DNA from: Octopus vulgaris
Taxonomy: Eukaryota
DNA: 64,000 bases
NCBI GenBank assembly: GCA_951406725.2
Contig: OX597820.1
Location: 73,098,001 to 73,162,000, forward strand
Direction: 5' to 3'
Numbering within the stretch: the first letter of the stretch is position 1; every line of letters begins with the position of its first letter. The notes below the pieces were generated by a model. The model searched no databases, was not told where the DNA came from, and saw only the letters and a list, made by a program, of their open reading frames with translations. Both the position numbers and the translations under genes were made by a program. Below are positions 1-12,578 of the stretch, piece after piece.

Positions 1-221
1 CGAGCCCCATGTGATGAAGAGTGCACATCATCTCATGTAGTCATGGGTATAATGAGTCTGAGTAAACAATGGTTTGGATGCAACTTGAAATTTGGATGCA
101 ACTTCGACTAGAAATTAGTCCAGTCGGAACTGATCTGCGATCAAACAATAAACATCAACGAACAACACCAACAACAGCAACAATAACAACAACAGCAACA
201 ATAGCAACAGCAGCAGGTTCA

Positions 222-400
222 AAGGCCTAGTGGTTAGGGCAGCGGACTCGCGGTCGTAAGAACGCGGTTTCGATTCCCAGACCGGGCATTGTGAGTGTTT
301 ATTGCGCAAACACACTTAAGCTCCACGAGGCTCGGGCGGCGGAGGGGAGTGGAACCCCACTGTACTCTTTCACCACAACTTTCTCTCACTCTTTCTTCCT
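222..400 (+). mobile_element. tRNA-Arg-derived SINE (octopus OR-type), partial
   Basis: A-box-like GGCCTAGTGGTTAGGGC, TCG anticodon-like loop (GCGGACTCGCGGTC), B-box-like GGTTTCGATTCCC; body homologous to the 1891-2245 copy. Confidence 0.75.
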
Positions 401-690
401 ACTTCCGCCACAAAGCAGAGGAACCATGGTGTAACCCACTATGGTGTGGTAAAACTTTCAGACCCTAGTCTAGATTACGAATCCCCTTTACCCCATGATA
501 GTTCAGCTCTCCACCCGTTAAAAGCCACCGTTTACAGAATGAGGATAACAACGTAGCTTTCGCGCCCGGGCAACCGCCAGTCTATCGCGTGTGGTGGGTG
601 GATCTTCAAGTTTCCACACGCATTCTTAGTAACTTAGAGTAGGCTCGAATTAGAAATTATTCTTTATGGCTAATGGCGTGAGTCCTGATT

Positions 691-758
691 AGAAGAAGAA
701 GAAGAAGAAGAAGAAGAAGAAGAAGAAGAAGAAGAAGAAGAAGAAGAAGAAGAAGAAG
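691..758. repeat. (AGA)n microsatellite
   Basis: Perfect trinucleotide run; source of the poly-S/poly-F ORFs. Confidence 0.95.
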
Positions 759-784
759 ACAGCAGCAGCAGTAGCCATAGCAAC

Positions 785-926
785 GCTAGCGTAGTTAAAA
801 GAAGGGGGCGTTCCGCCCCGGGCGGCACTTTTGGGTCTGCTGTAGGCAATATGTGATTTTTGTGGGGCCTGGGGGCGGCAAATAGAAGGGCCGCCCCGAG
901 CAGCACACACTCTAGCTATGCTAGTG
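785..926. mobile_element. short GC-rich MITE, hAT-like
   Basis: Imperfect terminal inverted repeats TAGCGTAGTTA ... TAGCTATGCTA, with an internal repeated CCGCCCCG(G/A)GC(G/A)GCAC motif. Confidence 0.45.
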
Positions 927-1545
927 CTTAGCAGTAGCAACACCAGCAGCAGTAGTAGTCTTACTAACACCAGCAGCCACATCTCAATCTTTTAGTTTGT
1001 TTTTCAATCAGAGACTAATTAATTTTCTCGCTCAGTTTGTTAATTAGATAATTTAAACTAAAGGTAGTGAAGCCAATGACAACAGTAAGAATACTAGAAC
1101 AATTATAAACTCCTTACAATATTTAGTTGGACTTCTAATTTCTCACAAAATTTCCAAAAAATTTCACCATCGTCGATTTTTTCAGCAGATTCAATTGACT
1201 TCGCCTTAATTGATTCCTAAATTGACTTCATCTTAGTTGAGAGAAATCAATTTCAATACATCAACAAAAAACACTTGTAACTAAAAGATCAAAATAATTT
1301 CAACCAACTCAATTTGTATTGTATATTATCTCTATTTATTTTTGTTTTCTGTCAGACAGACGACAGCATTCATGACAATTTTCAGTGAACGGAAATAAAG
1401 TTACAGAGGGGAAAAAAAAAAAAAAAGAAGAAAATTATTGAAGAAGTCACAATGAGAAAAGTCGCAAGTTCGGCTTAGGAAGAAAGCCAAAATCACAGGA
1501 AAACATATCACATATCATTTAAATACCGTAAATAATCGCTAAAAT

Positions 1546-1828
1546 TGTTGTTTGTTCCTTCTCGAGCCACGTGTGGCTCATATGGCCGGTTTCCTTGGCG
1601 TATTGGTTTCCCACCTGGACGTCGCAGGTGAGCTGCAAGATGCAGGAGGAAAGAGTGAAAGAAAGTTGTGACGAAAGAGTCAGCAGAAGTTTGCCATTAC
1701 CTTCTGCCGGAGCCGCGTGGAGCTTAGGTGTTTCGGTCATAAACATATACATCGCCCGGTCTGAGATTCGAACCCGCGATCCCTTGACCGTGAGTCCGCT
1801 GCTCTAACCACTAGGCCATGTGCCTCCA
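1546..1828 (-). mobile_element. tRNA-derived SINE (OR-type subfamily)
   Basis: Minus-strand head TGGAGGCACATGGCCTAGTGGTTAGAGCAGCGGACTC...GGTTCGAATCTC, tail CTCGAGAAGGAACAAACAACA; related copies at 9808-10085 and 34146-34435. Confidence 0.8.
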
Positions 1829-1890
1829 CAATAGCTAAAATAATTGGACAATATTTTGAGCTTATTAACTGATCATACACGGTGTGTAGC

Positions 1891-2245
1891 GGAGGCGCAA
1901 TGACCCAGTGGTTAGGGCAGCGGTACTCGCTGTCATGGGATCGCGGTTTCGATTCCCAAACCGGGAGTTGTAAGTGTTTATCGAGCAAAATCACCTAAAG
2001 CTCTACGAAGTACCGGCAGGGGGTGGTGGCGAACCCTGCTGTACTCTTTCTTCCTGTTTCTGTTGTACCTGTGTTTCAAAAGGCCAGCCTTGTAATCCAC
2101 TGTGTCACGCTGAATCTTTTCGAGAACTACGTTAAGGCTACACGTGTCTGTAGAGTGCTCAACTTACACGTTAATTTCACGATCAAGCTCTTCTGTTGAT
2201 CGGATTAACTGGAACCCTCGTCGTCGTAACCGACGGAGTGCCACA
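1891..2245 (+). mobile_element. tRNA-Arg-derived SINE, near full length
   Basis: tRNA-like head with A/B boxes and 3' body ending GTAACCGACGGAGTGCCAC; same body at 17050-17320. Confidence 0.8.
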
Positions 2246-2492
2246 CAGTGTGTATGTAATGACAACGCAATGTATATAATGACATTTTATACGTATAAAT
2301 GTAATTCTTGTTCCGATTACTTTTTTCCCTAGGGTTTTAATTTTCAGGTTGTCTGTGACTGGTGAGAGGAAGAGCGGAAGTTGTAATCAGACGAAATGAG
2401 ATGATTTGGCGCTGCTGTTTGGGCGCAGACGATTTGGCATGACTGATTGGACATTCTGCGTGTTTTGTTGACTGTACATTTTGGCGCGGGAG

Positions 2493-2538
<46 letters not shown>

Positions 2539-2999
2539 TCACACACATACACGCATACCTACGCACGTACGCGCAGAAATGTTCACATGTAGATAAAAGG
2601 AGTGAGAGAGGTGGAGAAAGAAAGACTTTACTATTTCTTAAAACACAAATGGCATAAACACTCCCCCTCTCTTCGTACACATCAGGAGAAATAAGTTGAT
2701 ATAGCGAAAGAGAGGGAGAGAGAAAGAGAAATAGAGAGAGAGACAGATAGATAGACAGACAGACAGACAGGTAAGGAAAGAGAGAAAGGAGAGAGAACGA
2801 GTGAAACATTAAAACGAGAAAATCATTAAAACGAGAAAATCATTAAAATGTCTGGTGTCAAATAGTCAGCATTGAATCAGCTGCGCCAAAACGGCTATGC
2901 CAAAACGTCTCATAGCCGTCGTTAAATCAGAGACCAGACCCGAATGTTTGCAAGTTAGCTGATTTCGCTAAAGCTGACCAATGACTGAATGGTGGTGTA

Positions 3000-4519
3000 A
3001 GAATATTTTAGTCTTTCTGGTTTCCGAGTTCAAATCCTACTCGGTTTAACTTTGTCTTTCAATACTCCTTAGAGAAGCGATAAGATCAAATCACCATTTC
3101 TACTCTAGGCGCAAGGCCTGAAATTTGGTGGGAGGGGACAAATCGATTACATCGACCCCATACGATGACGCATGAGGTTTCTCTCTATCACCCGAAAATA
3201 GGAACGGTCCTTACGACGAAATCCCACACAATTTCCGTTATAAAATTCTTCACACGTGTCTTTGATTGACCCAAATATTAAGCAGTAGATGCTTGCCGAA
3301 GATGACGCGCAGTAGGAGCGAAATGGAAGCGATCTTTTCAACGCCACACTCACATTTGTTTTATTAAGGAAGTGAAGTGCTTAACCATACAGCTATACTT
3401 GAACTCGCCAGTATAACATCCGACAAAATAAGCTTAAAACATGGACTATGAAGATTAGTTTTCTATCTTTTCATCAGCTTACGTCATCACAGTGCGCGTG
3501 TGCAAAATACGTCAAGCAGGATTGATGCTTCTTCACGTATCTGATATACCCTTCATTATATTATGTCTGTTGATATTTCTGTCACGAAGATATTTTCATC
3601 CTTTGTCACTAAATGAAAATCTTCATGCATCTGCATATTCGGATGTTACATGTCTCTTTACTTCCTACAGTATTTTGAAGAGGATTAATATATTAAATGA
3701 ATTTGTTAATCTCCCATTCAAAGAAACTGGCTCCTATTATTCCGTGTGACACAATGATGCATGTATGTTATGTGTGGAATAAATTGGCTTTTTTCTTCCC
3801 TGTATAACAAAAACAAATAAACAAATAAATACATAAAAATAGAAAGAGAAGTGGTTCTGATCCTCTGTGTGCATTATTGTGTCAGCATTATTCTGGTGTG
3901 TGTCGATGTCCAAATAGATTTACTTATACCATATAACTTTCATGTAAATAAACTGGAAAAAATCAAAAACAAATAAATTATATTTAATTTCCTGGGAGGA
4001 AGAAGATCCATTTCATAGGTAGTTAATTGCGGTGTACCATAATGCAATGAAACCAAAATAGTATTTAAGGAAATGAAATTGCATTTATAATGACAATTTT
4101 GGCAAGGGAGGCAAGGGAGTAAACTCTGAAATTTAAATTGATTAAAACCTACTATATTGACTTAGTATGGTGATTTCATTCCAACGTATTACTATTATTT
4201 GATCTTATCAAGGTGACAAGCTGACAGAATTGTTAGCACGCTGGGCGAAATACTTAGCGGTATTTCGCCTGTCGCTCCGTTCTGAGTTCAAATTCCACCG
4301 AGGTCGACTTTGCCTTTAATCCTTTCGGAGTCGATAAATTAAGCACCAGTGAAACACTAGGGTCGATGTAATCGATTTGTCCCCTCCCACTAAATTTCAG
4401 GCCTTGCGCCTAGAGTAGAAAGGATGATTTGATCTTATCGCTTCTCTAAGAAATATTGAAAGACAAAGTTAAACCGAGTAGGATTTGAACTCGGAAACCA
4501 GAAAGACTAAAATATTCTT
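3000..4519. repeat. inverted duplication of a composite SINE junction (arms ~3000-3158 and ~4361-4519)
   Basis: The two ~160-bp arms are near-exact reverse complements and include the same junction between two SINE pieces. Confidence 0.8.
4211..4425 (+). mobile_element. MetaSINE-like tRNA-derived SINE with target-site duplication
   Basis: Head AAGGTGACAAGCTGACAGAA, B box GAGTTCAAATTCC, central GAGGTCGACTTTGCCTTT..CCTTTCGG..TCGATAAATTAAG domain; flanked by ATTTGATCTTATC on both sides. Confidence 0.8.
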
Positions 4520-4899
4520 TCTTCTTCTATTTGGCACAAGACCAGTAATTGTAATGGACAGGAGCTCAACTGGAATTTATTTTACCAACCCCAAAAGGGG
4601 GAAAGGCAAAAATTGACTTTCACAGTATTTAAACCCCGAGCGTCGTATGGGAAGGGCATTTCGATCGACGTGCTAATGATACTTTCATCTCGCCTCCTCT
4701 TGTAAGATTAAAATATTTCATACTGCTATAGACACAAGGCCTGAAATTTGGAGAAAGGGACTAGATGATTCCATCAACCCCAGTGTCCAATAGCGCTTAT
4801 TTTATCGTCCGGGAAAGAATGAAAGGCAAAGTCAACCACGGAAGAATTTAAAGGTAAAACCGAAAGCATTTTTTCCGGCGCCTTTAGAAAGACTAAAAT

Positions 4900-5118
4900 A
4901 TTGGTTTCAAATTTTGGCACAAGGCCAGCAATTTCGGGGGAGGAGAGTACGTTGATTACCTCACCCCCCAAAGATCAACTGGTACTTATTTTATCGACCC
5001 TGAAAGGAAGATAGTGAAAGTTAACCTCAACAGAATATGAACTCAGAACGTAGAGACGGACTAGATGCTGCTAAGCATTTCGCCCGACAACCTAAAGATT
5101 CTGCTAGCCCGCCGCCTT
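4900..5118 (-). mobile_element. MetaSINE-like SINE
   Basis: Reverse complement of the 4211 family; ends CCGCCGCCTT. Confidence 0.7.
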
Positions 5119-5133
5119 ATATAAAATCAAATG

Positions 5134-5346
5134 CAGTAATCCCTCGACTATCGCGTGTGTTATGTTCCAAAAACCCTCGTGGTAGTTGAAAAACCGCGAA
5201 GTAGAAACAGCACTGTTTTGTATTTCTTTTTTCATTATTTGTATATATTTATTTTACTATAAGTGCAAAACAATACCACAGAGGAATCGACGTGAGCTTA
5301 ATTATAAACTGCGATCACTGAACCGCGATATGGCGAGGGATTACTG
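5134..5346. mobile_element. Tigger/pogo-like MITE
   Basis: TIR CAGTAATCCCTCG ... CGAGGGATTACTG followed by TA; subterminal CCGCGA motifs. Confidence 0.75.
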
Positions 5347-5349
5347 TAT

Positions 5350-5562
5350 TGATTTCAAATTTTACCACAAGGGCAGCAATTTCGGGGGAAGTGGGGTAAG
5401 TCGATTACATCGACCCCAGTGTTCAACTGGTACTTATTTTATCGAGCTCGAAAGGATGAAAGGCAAAGTCGACCTTGGCTAAGTTTGAACTCAGAACAAA
5501 GACAAACGAAATGCTGTTAAGCATTTTACCCGGCATGCTAACGATTCTGCCAGGTTGCCACC

Positions 5563-5563
<1 letters not shown>
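5350..5563 (-). mobile_element. MetaSINE-like SINE
   Basis: Homologous to the 4211 family, reverse orientation. Confidence 0.75.
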
Positions 5564-5610
<47 letters not shown>

Positions 5611-5613
<3 letters not shown>

Positions 5614-6167
5614 GCCCTGATGCAGTACCAGGCAGTGGCTCTCATGGCTTCTGATCTTAACTGATTGGAAGTGTTATCATGTACATTGTTTTGTCTTGGT
5701 ATAAAAGATGGGCTACAGCAAATATTCTGCTCAATACCACAGATTTGCTTGTCAGTTGTTTGACCTTAACCAGTTGAGCATGTCCCTTAGTGGCTGACGA
5801 TATGTGCATCTCTGATCACGAGCAGAAGTAGTGGGGGAGCATCATAGCCATGTGTTGAGAAGGATTCTTTGGGGTTTGAATAATTCACCTCTGGAAACAT
5901 GGGTGTTTCGTTCAACGTCCTTAAACAACCCTTATTCAGGGACCTTTTGAGCAGGATGGGTTACTTGATCTGAAGAAAATTCTAACTGGGCTCCACCTGC
6001 AAGGTCATGTGCTGTTTATCTTGATATGAGATCACCATGTCGCGCACATATGGTTGTGATGCATGTGCCTGGTGTACCCTTATCAGACGGGTAGTCATGA
6101 TGGGTATACTGGGCTTCGTATATTTTACCCCAGTGTCACTTTGATGGCATGCTCTGCTCGCTCACTC

Positions 6168-6168
<1 letters not shown>
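5611..6168 (+). mobile_element. 5'-truncated copy of the 5S-headed SINE body, inside (AAT)n
   Basis: Highly similar to 28531-29055 and 47580-48125; bracketed by (AAT)n; ends CTCACTCAATAATAAT. Confidence 0.8.
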
Positions 6169-6236
<68 letters not shown>

Positions 6237-6237
6237 G

Positions 6238-6580
6238 AAAAAGTTTTGAATGGTACAACAATGCACTATAATATTTTTAAAAATTGACTATATACCTGTT
6301 GTAATTTAGTTAGCCATAGTCCGATGATATTTCGGAATATACAATTCCTTCTTCAGATATTCTTAGATGGAGTCGCTGCTATAATCGGTTTCCCAACGAC
6401 TTTTTTTTTTTTTTTGTGAAAAGCCGTTGGAAAACCGATTGTAGCAGCGACTCCATCGAAGAATATCCGAAGGAATTGTATTCCGAAATATCATCGGACT
6501 ATGGATAACTAAATTACAACAGGTAAATAGTTCATTTTTTTTAATATTATAGTGCATTGTTGTACTATTCAAAACTTTTT
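6238..6580. mobile_element. foldback (palindromic) MITE
   Basis: ~160-bp arms are reverse complements around a central poly-T spacer (~6400-6422). Confidence 0.85.
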
Positions 6581-6629
6581 ATTCTTTAGAAACAATACAC
6601 AATGCTTCAAGCTAACTACAATACTCTCC

Positions 6630-6692
<63 letters not shown>

Positions 6693-6693
<1 letters not shown>

Positions 6694-6908
6694 CCTTTCT
6701 TCTATAGGCACAAGGCCTGAAATTTGTAGGGAGGGGACTAGTAGATCACATCGACTCCAATGTTCAACTGGTATTTCTTTTATGCGAGCTCGAAAGGATG
6801 AGAGTCAAAGCCGACCTTGGCAATGTTTGAACTCCGAAGGTTAGGACGGACGAAATACTGCCAGGCATTTAGTCCAGATCGGTAACAGTTCTGCTAGCTC
6901 GCCGCATC
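6693..6908 (-). mobile_element. MetaSINE-like SINE
   Basis: Family tail ATCCTTTCT..ATAGGCACAAGGCCTGAAATTT and reverse-strand head. Confidence 0.7.
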
Positions 6909-7937
6909 AAATATTGATATTAGTTACGTAGAGTAGAACAGTCGCACCTTATTTCTCAACAGAAAACAATAGATGAAACTTGAGTAGGCTGAGGTTTAGT
7001 ATGAGAGCTTACATCAATTGTATCAGATGAGACTCTTAATTGGAGGCTTTGTTGGTGAGAAAAGCTTCTTGTAAGCCAAAGAACAATTACTGGCGGACAG
7101 ATATAACGCAAACAAGCGGTAGAATATTAAATTTCACTTGAATGTGCACTTGGAAGTGTTTTAACGTTTTCAACAGTGGAAAAACTAAGTCAATAAACAT
7201 AACTGTATTTCGTTTTTCTTTCTTTTCAGCAACAAAATAAACAGAGAACACGAACCTATTCCATTAACTTTCCTAATAACACCTGGATTTGAAACAGCAA
7301 CAATTCCAAATACGAGTGGAAATAAAGAAAAGATACACGAGTTGAAATAAAAACACAAGTACAGGTGTTCCCGTAAGAAATAAAAATTGCATTGAGAAAG
7401 AAAAAAGCATCCATTCATGCAACGAATGATATAAAACGACAGGAAACGTGACTCAGAAGATAAACAGTATAGAGTAATTCATTAAACTAGTTAACAGGGT
7501 GTGTACTAAGTCATACCACACCGCCATTTCTAAAATGAGCAGATGGTGTAAAGTTGATGTAGTTCAGCTTCTTTTTACTCACACAAGCGCACAAGCCATA
7601 TATATATATATATACACCCATATCCTATCCTGTTCTGTTCACTCTACTCCTACACACACACACACACACACACACTTATACATACATGCAGATAACAAAC
7701 ACACGTGTAAATAATCAGTTCGAAAAATTTCCCGTATTCCAATAGCGGTAAATAATAAGGATAAATATTTATCTATGGTTAGTAGTAGTAATAGTAGTAG
7801 TAGTATCAGCAGTAGCAGAAGCAGTGCGATAGCGTCAATTATTTTTTTCGTAATCAGAGACAACCAGAAGTTGTTGGTCAGTTTTTCTGACTTCAAAGGA
7901 GAAAAGATACGAAGACATCTGATAACATTCAGAAGTT

Positions 7938-7941
7938 CTGC

Positions 7942-7973
<32 letters not shown>

Positions 7974-7995
7974 TTGTTGTTGCTGTTGCTGTTGT

Positions 7996-8033
<38 letters not shown>

Positions 8034-8034
8034 C

Positions 8035-8094
<60 letters not shown>

Positions 8095-8370
8095 TGTTGT
8101 TGTTGCTGTTGTTGCCGCGGCTGTTGTTGTTCTTGCCGTTGTTGCGGCTGCTGCTGCTGTTGTTGTTGTTGCTACTACTGCTATTGTTGTTGCTGCTGCT
8201 ATCGTTGTTACTGTTGTTGTTGTTGTTGTTATTACTGCTGCTGTTGATGTTGTTATTGCTGTTGCTGCTGCAGTTGTTGTTGTTGGTCTTGTCGTTGTTG
8301 CGGCTGCTGTTGCTGCTGTTGCTATTGTCGCTGTTGTTGCTGCTGCTGCTACTACCGCTGCTATTGTTGC
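7938..8370. repeat. compound (GCT/GTT)n low-complexity tract
   Basis: Mixed trinucleotide repeats giving poly-L, poly-A/V and poly-T ORFs in several frames. Confidence 0.9.
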
Positions 8371-8601
8371 CAGCAATTTTGGTGAAAAAGGTAAGTCGAT
8401 TATATCGACCCTAGTATGTAACTGGTACTTAATTTATCCACCCAGAAAGGATGAAAGGCAAAGTCGACCTCGGCGGAATTTGAACTCAGAACGTAGCGGC
8501 AGACAAAATACCTATTTCTTTACTACCCACAAGGGGCTAAACACAGAGGGGACAAACAAGGACAGAAAAACGGATTAAGTCGATTACATCGACCCCAGTG
8601 C
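8370..8601 (-). mobile_element. MetaSINE-like SINE, partial tandem arrangement
   Basis: Contains the internal junction AAATACC|TATTTCTTTACTACCCAC shared with the 10780 and 32670 arrays. Confidence 0.75.
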
Positions 8602-8811
8602 ATCCATTCTTTGAACTTTGGTAAGAGGTTCGATATCTCATTTTGTGTTGTTGAGAAAAAGGGAACAATGTTTTCGGGAAGCAACAATCGGCGGACGTTG
8701 TCTGCTTCCCCCACCAACCATCTTTTAATTTTTTCATTCCTTTATCATTTGTGTCTTTGTCCAGCTCGCAGCTGCATCATTGTAAGGCTGCATGGCCAAT
8801 TTATGAAATAA

Positions 8812-9150
8812 AGAAGCTTGCTTCCCAACCACATGGTTTTGGGTTCAGTCCCACTGCGTAAAACCTTTGGTAAATGTCTTCTGCTATAGCCACAGGCCGA
8901 CCAAAGCCTTGTGAGTGGAATCGGTAAACGGAAACTGAAAGAACCCCGTCGTATATGTGTGTGTATATGTGGGTGTGTGTATTTGTGTGTCTGTGTTTGT
9001 CCCCCCGATGTTGGTGTGTTTACGTTCCCGTAACTTAGCGGTTCGGCAAAAGAAACCGATAGAATAAGTCTTGGGGTCGATTTGTTTGACTAAAGGCGGT
9101 GCTCTAGCATGGCCGCAGTCAAATGACTGAAACAAATAAGAGAATGAAAG
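8812..9150 (+). mobile_element. CORE-like tRNA SINE (OR2-like)
   Basis: GGTTCAGTCCCACTGCGT..CCTTTGGTAAATGTCTTCTGCTATAGCC CORE-like segment, internal (TG)n, tail GCATGGCCGCAGTCAAATGACTGAAACAA. Confidence 0.8.
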
Positions 9151-9807
9151 AATAAATTGAATAGCAATGGCGATCCAGCAGAATAAAACACTAATCAAAG
9201 CGGTCTAATGGCAAAAGATAGTTGAGAACCGCTTCTTTACAGGGTCTCTAAGACCGATGGGAGATTACTGAACGAACTCCGGTAAAGGCACCGCAGTGCC
9301 AATCAAGTAGTTGTATTAATTCTACAACTGAAGCAGGCCATGGAGGGTTTGAACTCAGAACGCAATATAGATATCGCAAGGCATCTTATCTTATAGTTTC
9401 ACCAATTCACTGTCCTGAATCGGTACTTGGTTTTATCGACCCTGAAAGGATGAAATGCAAATTTGGACCTGGCGGGATTTGAACCCAAAATGTAAAGAGT
9501 CGAAACAAATACTGCACGACGCTCATACGACTTGTTCCAAATACTCACAACAGAGTGGATTCAGTTAAAGATATTTTATAGCTGGGTGCTTGAATTAAAA
9601 CTGGCGACGAATTATGTCTAAACCCCAGAACAGGAACAGTACTACTGATGGGCTTCCGATCAGTTTCCGCCTACCATATTTCACTCACAACGTATTGACT
9701 GACCCACCTGCATGGTAGAAAACACATGCTGAAAAGATACGCATTGTGAATTTGAACCCAAAACCACGAAGTTTCAAAGAGAATTTCTGGATCTCACAAT
9801 CATGCCT

Positions 9808-10085
9808 GTGGTTAAAGCAGCGAACTCGCGGTCGTGGGATCGTGGGTTCGAATCTCAGACCGAGCGATGTGTGAATTTATGAACGAAACACCTAAGCTCC
9901 ACGCGACGTCGCCAGAAGGTATTGGTGAACCTCTGCTGACTCTTTCGCCACAACTTTCTCTCACTCTTTCCTTCTGCATCTAGCAGCTCAACTGCGACAG
10001 ACCGGGGTCCTTTCCAGGTGGGGAACCTATATGCCAATGAAACCGGCCCTTACGAGCCAGGCTTGCCTCGAGAAGAAACAAACAA
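9808..10085 (+). mobile_element. tRNA-Arg-derived SINE
   Basis: Homologous to the 1546-1828 family. Confidence 0.7.
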
Positions 10086-10779
10086 CACAATCATACCTAG
10101 AACCGATTCACTTAAAGAAATATTATACAGACTTCACTGAAACATTGATTTCATTTGATAGCCATCACTGCCTCATAATTGTAGAAAATGCCGTTGAGAT
10201 ACATTAACTTTCATGTTTGTCTTATCACCGTAGCAGACATTTTGAAATAAAAGGGTTTTTTTAAAGGGAAAATGAACTGGAACTGGGCTGTGGTCTAGGT
10301 TTTGAGAGAATGTACTCCTCTTAGGCGGTGAGCACCATTAGTGATTTTTTCAAAAAATATGTTTTTAGGCACGAACCGAGTTTGATAATTAGAGAAGAAA
10401 CTGCTCGAAGAAGAGGCTAGCCACAGGAGGACCAAGAAAGTAAGGACACAGCCATAAGCGGACCAAGAAACACACAACTCAGACAAGTATAACATGAAAC
10501 TAACCCTTTCATTTCCAATTCGTTTTCAGACTTTTAGTTAGTTCTTGTTTCATACCTTCTTAGTAACGTTAAGGTTTTCTTTCAAAAGTTTCAAATTACT
10601 CTTGTGGTTGAAACAAAAAAAAAAAGAAAATTAGGAATGTGTATCGTATATGATGCGTGGGCGCCAGAGAAATGTGACTTGTGTTTCACATGTGATCCAC
10701 AGAAGAGACAAAGGGTAAAGTTAAGTAATATATCTACATCTGGGCATCATAAACTGTGTTGTCTGAATGTTAAAGTTTC

Positions 10780-11197
10780 TTATTTCTTTATTGCCCATAA
10801 AGGGCTAAACATAGTGGGGACAAACAAGGACAGACAAAGAGATTAAGTCGATTACATCGACCACAGTTCGTAACTGGTACTTAATTTATCGACCCCGAAA
10901 GGATGAAAGGCAAAGTTGACCTCGGTGGAATTTGAACTCAGAACGTAACAGCGGACGAAATACCTATTTCTTTACTACCCACAAGGGGCTAAACACAGAG
11001 GGGACAAACAAGGACAGACAAACGGATTAAGTCGATTATATCGACCCCAGTACGTAACTGGTACTTATTTAATCGACCCTGAAAGGATGAAAGACAAAGT
11101 CGACCTTGGCGGAATTTGAACTCAGAACGTAACGGCAGACGAAATACGGCTACGCATTTCGCCCGGCGTGCTAATGTTTCTGCCAGCTCGCCGCCTT
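10780..11197 (-). mobile_element. head-to-tail dimer of MetaSINE-like element
   Basis: Two ~185-bp units; only the unit at the 11197 end has the complete tRNA head. Confidence 0.85.
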
Positions 11198-12578
11198 TCT
11201 GAGTGTTAAAGTTAGATTATATAGCTTTATACATTTCCAACAAGAAAAACGTAAATGATATATGGAATAATTGGACAACGTGTTCACTACTTCACTGGTA
11301 TACGTGCAAATACAATGCAATCTAATGCCGTGAAGTTTCAAGCATTTAGCTGTCAGCCGTCTAACACATTGCAAGCCTAGATGCACAAAGTCAGATATCA
11401 AAACGTATATGAGATCTGATGGGAAAGAGTGGGTATTATAATGAGTAATGACGCATCGTTTTGCGCATATGATTAAAAACAGCAGCGTGCAGACGATTGG
11501 CAGGATGGATCTCGAAAACACCGAGAACAAAAGAACAATAGGTCCGTTGAGGAGCATGTGAAAGACTCTTATTTTCAAATGTGTGGGAAATTTCTCACAG
11601 CTATTGTCTCTTCATAATGGCCTTCCTACTATAGGCAGAAGACCTGAAATTTGGAGTGGGGATGGGGGCTAGTCTATTACATCGACCCCAGTACTTAACT
11701 GGCAAAATTGACCTCGGCGAAATTTGAACTCAGAACGTAAAGACGAACGAGATACCGCTAGACATTTTGCCCGGCGTGCTAACGACCCCGCCACCTCGCC
11801 GCTTTATAATATCCTTTCTATTATGGGTAGAAGACTTGAAAGTTGGGGGAGGGGGATAGTCGATTACATCGACCCCAGTATTCAACTGGTACTTATTTAT
11901 TATAATATCAAGATCACTATTGAACTGGAAGGAATTTAATGACCCTACATTTACAGATTTGTTTTTATATTTTCCGATGAATTACTGGGAGGTGTCTACA
12001 ATTTTAAAACCCCTTCACAGGGGCATGAAAGATATATCTTTAATCTTTTTTTTTTCTTCAGTCATTGGACTGCAAGCAAGAGTTTAGTCGATCATATTGA
12101 CCCGGTATTTATTTTTCAGTGACTTACGTATTCTGCTCGTTGATTGTCAGCTGTTTCAAGTTTATGTCGGAGGAAAAACTATGCGTGTTTTCTATGTTAT
12201 TACTACAGAAATCTGAACTATTATATTTCCCAACAGCACCTAAACTGAACTTTAATTTCATTGGAGATCTTTTAGTCACATTCCTTCAACTCATACCCTT
12301 CTGTCTTAAAACTGGAAGGATACATTGCACAGGGGTAGTGAACGCTGGAACTTCTTTCATAGTAACATATTTATGTGCGCGTGCTTGTGTGAATACAGGG
12401 TGGTGCAAAAGTAGGTATACAGTTAAGAGAAAAAGGAAAACACGTAAATACTCATTTATTTTTATAAAAAAAAAGAATTAAAAGCTATGATAAAAATATC
12501 ATTATAGTTATGATAAATGGATTATTATGCTTAATGACACTGAAAATATCAAAAATGAGGCTAAATAATTTAATATGC

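Noticed and set aside
3832-3936. Neuropeptide- or toxin-like reading RKRSGSDPLCALLCQHYSGVCRCPNRF
   Set aside because: In-frame stop just upstream, and no start codon or acceptor on that strand
7230-7350. Possible plus-strand terminal exon (NKINREHEPIPLTFLITPGFETATIPNTSGNKEKIHELK*)
   Set aside because: Good acceptor and nearby AATAAA, but no recognisable homology or partner exons
7639-8578. Poly-Ala/Thr/Val/Leu ORFs of 155-267 aa (mucin- or antifreeze-like)
   Set aside because: Trinucleotide repeat open in many frames; the plus-strand ORFs run into SINE sequence
11171-11578. 135-aa hydrophobic ORF
   Set aside because: Non-ATG start, no known motif, ends inside a SINE head
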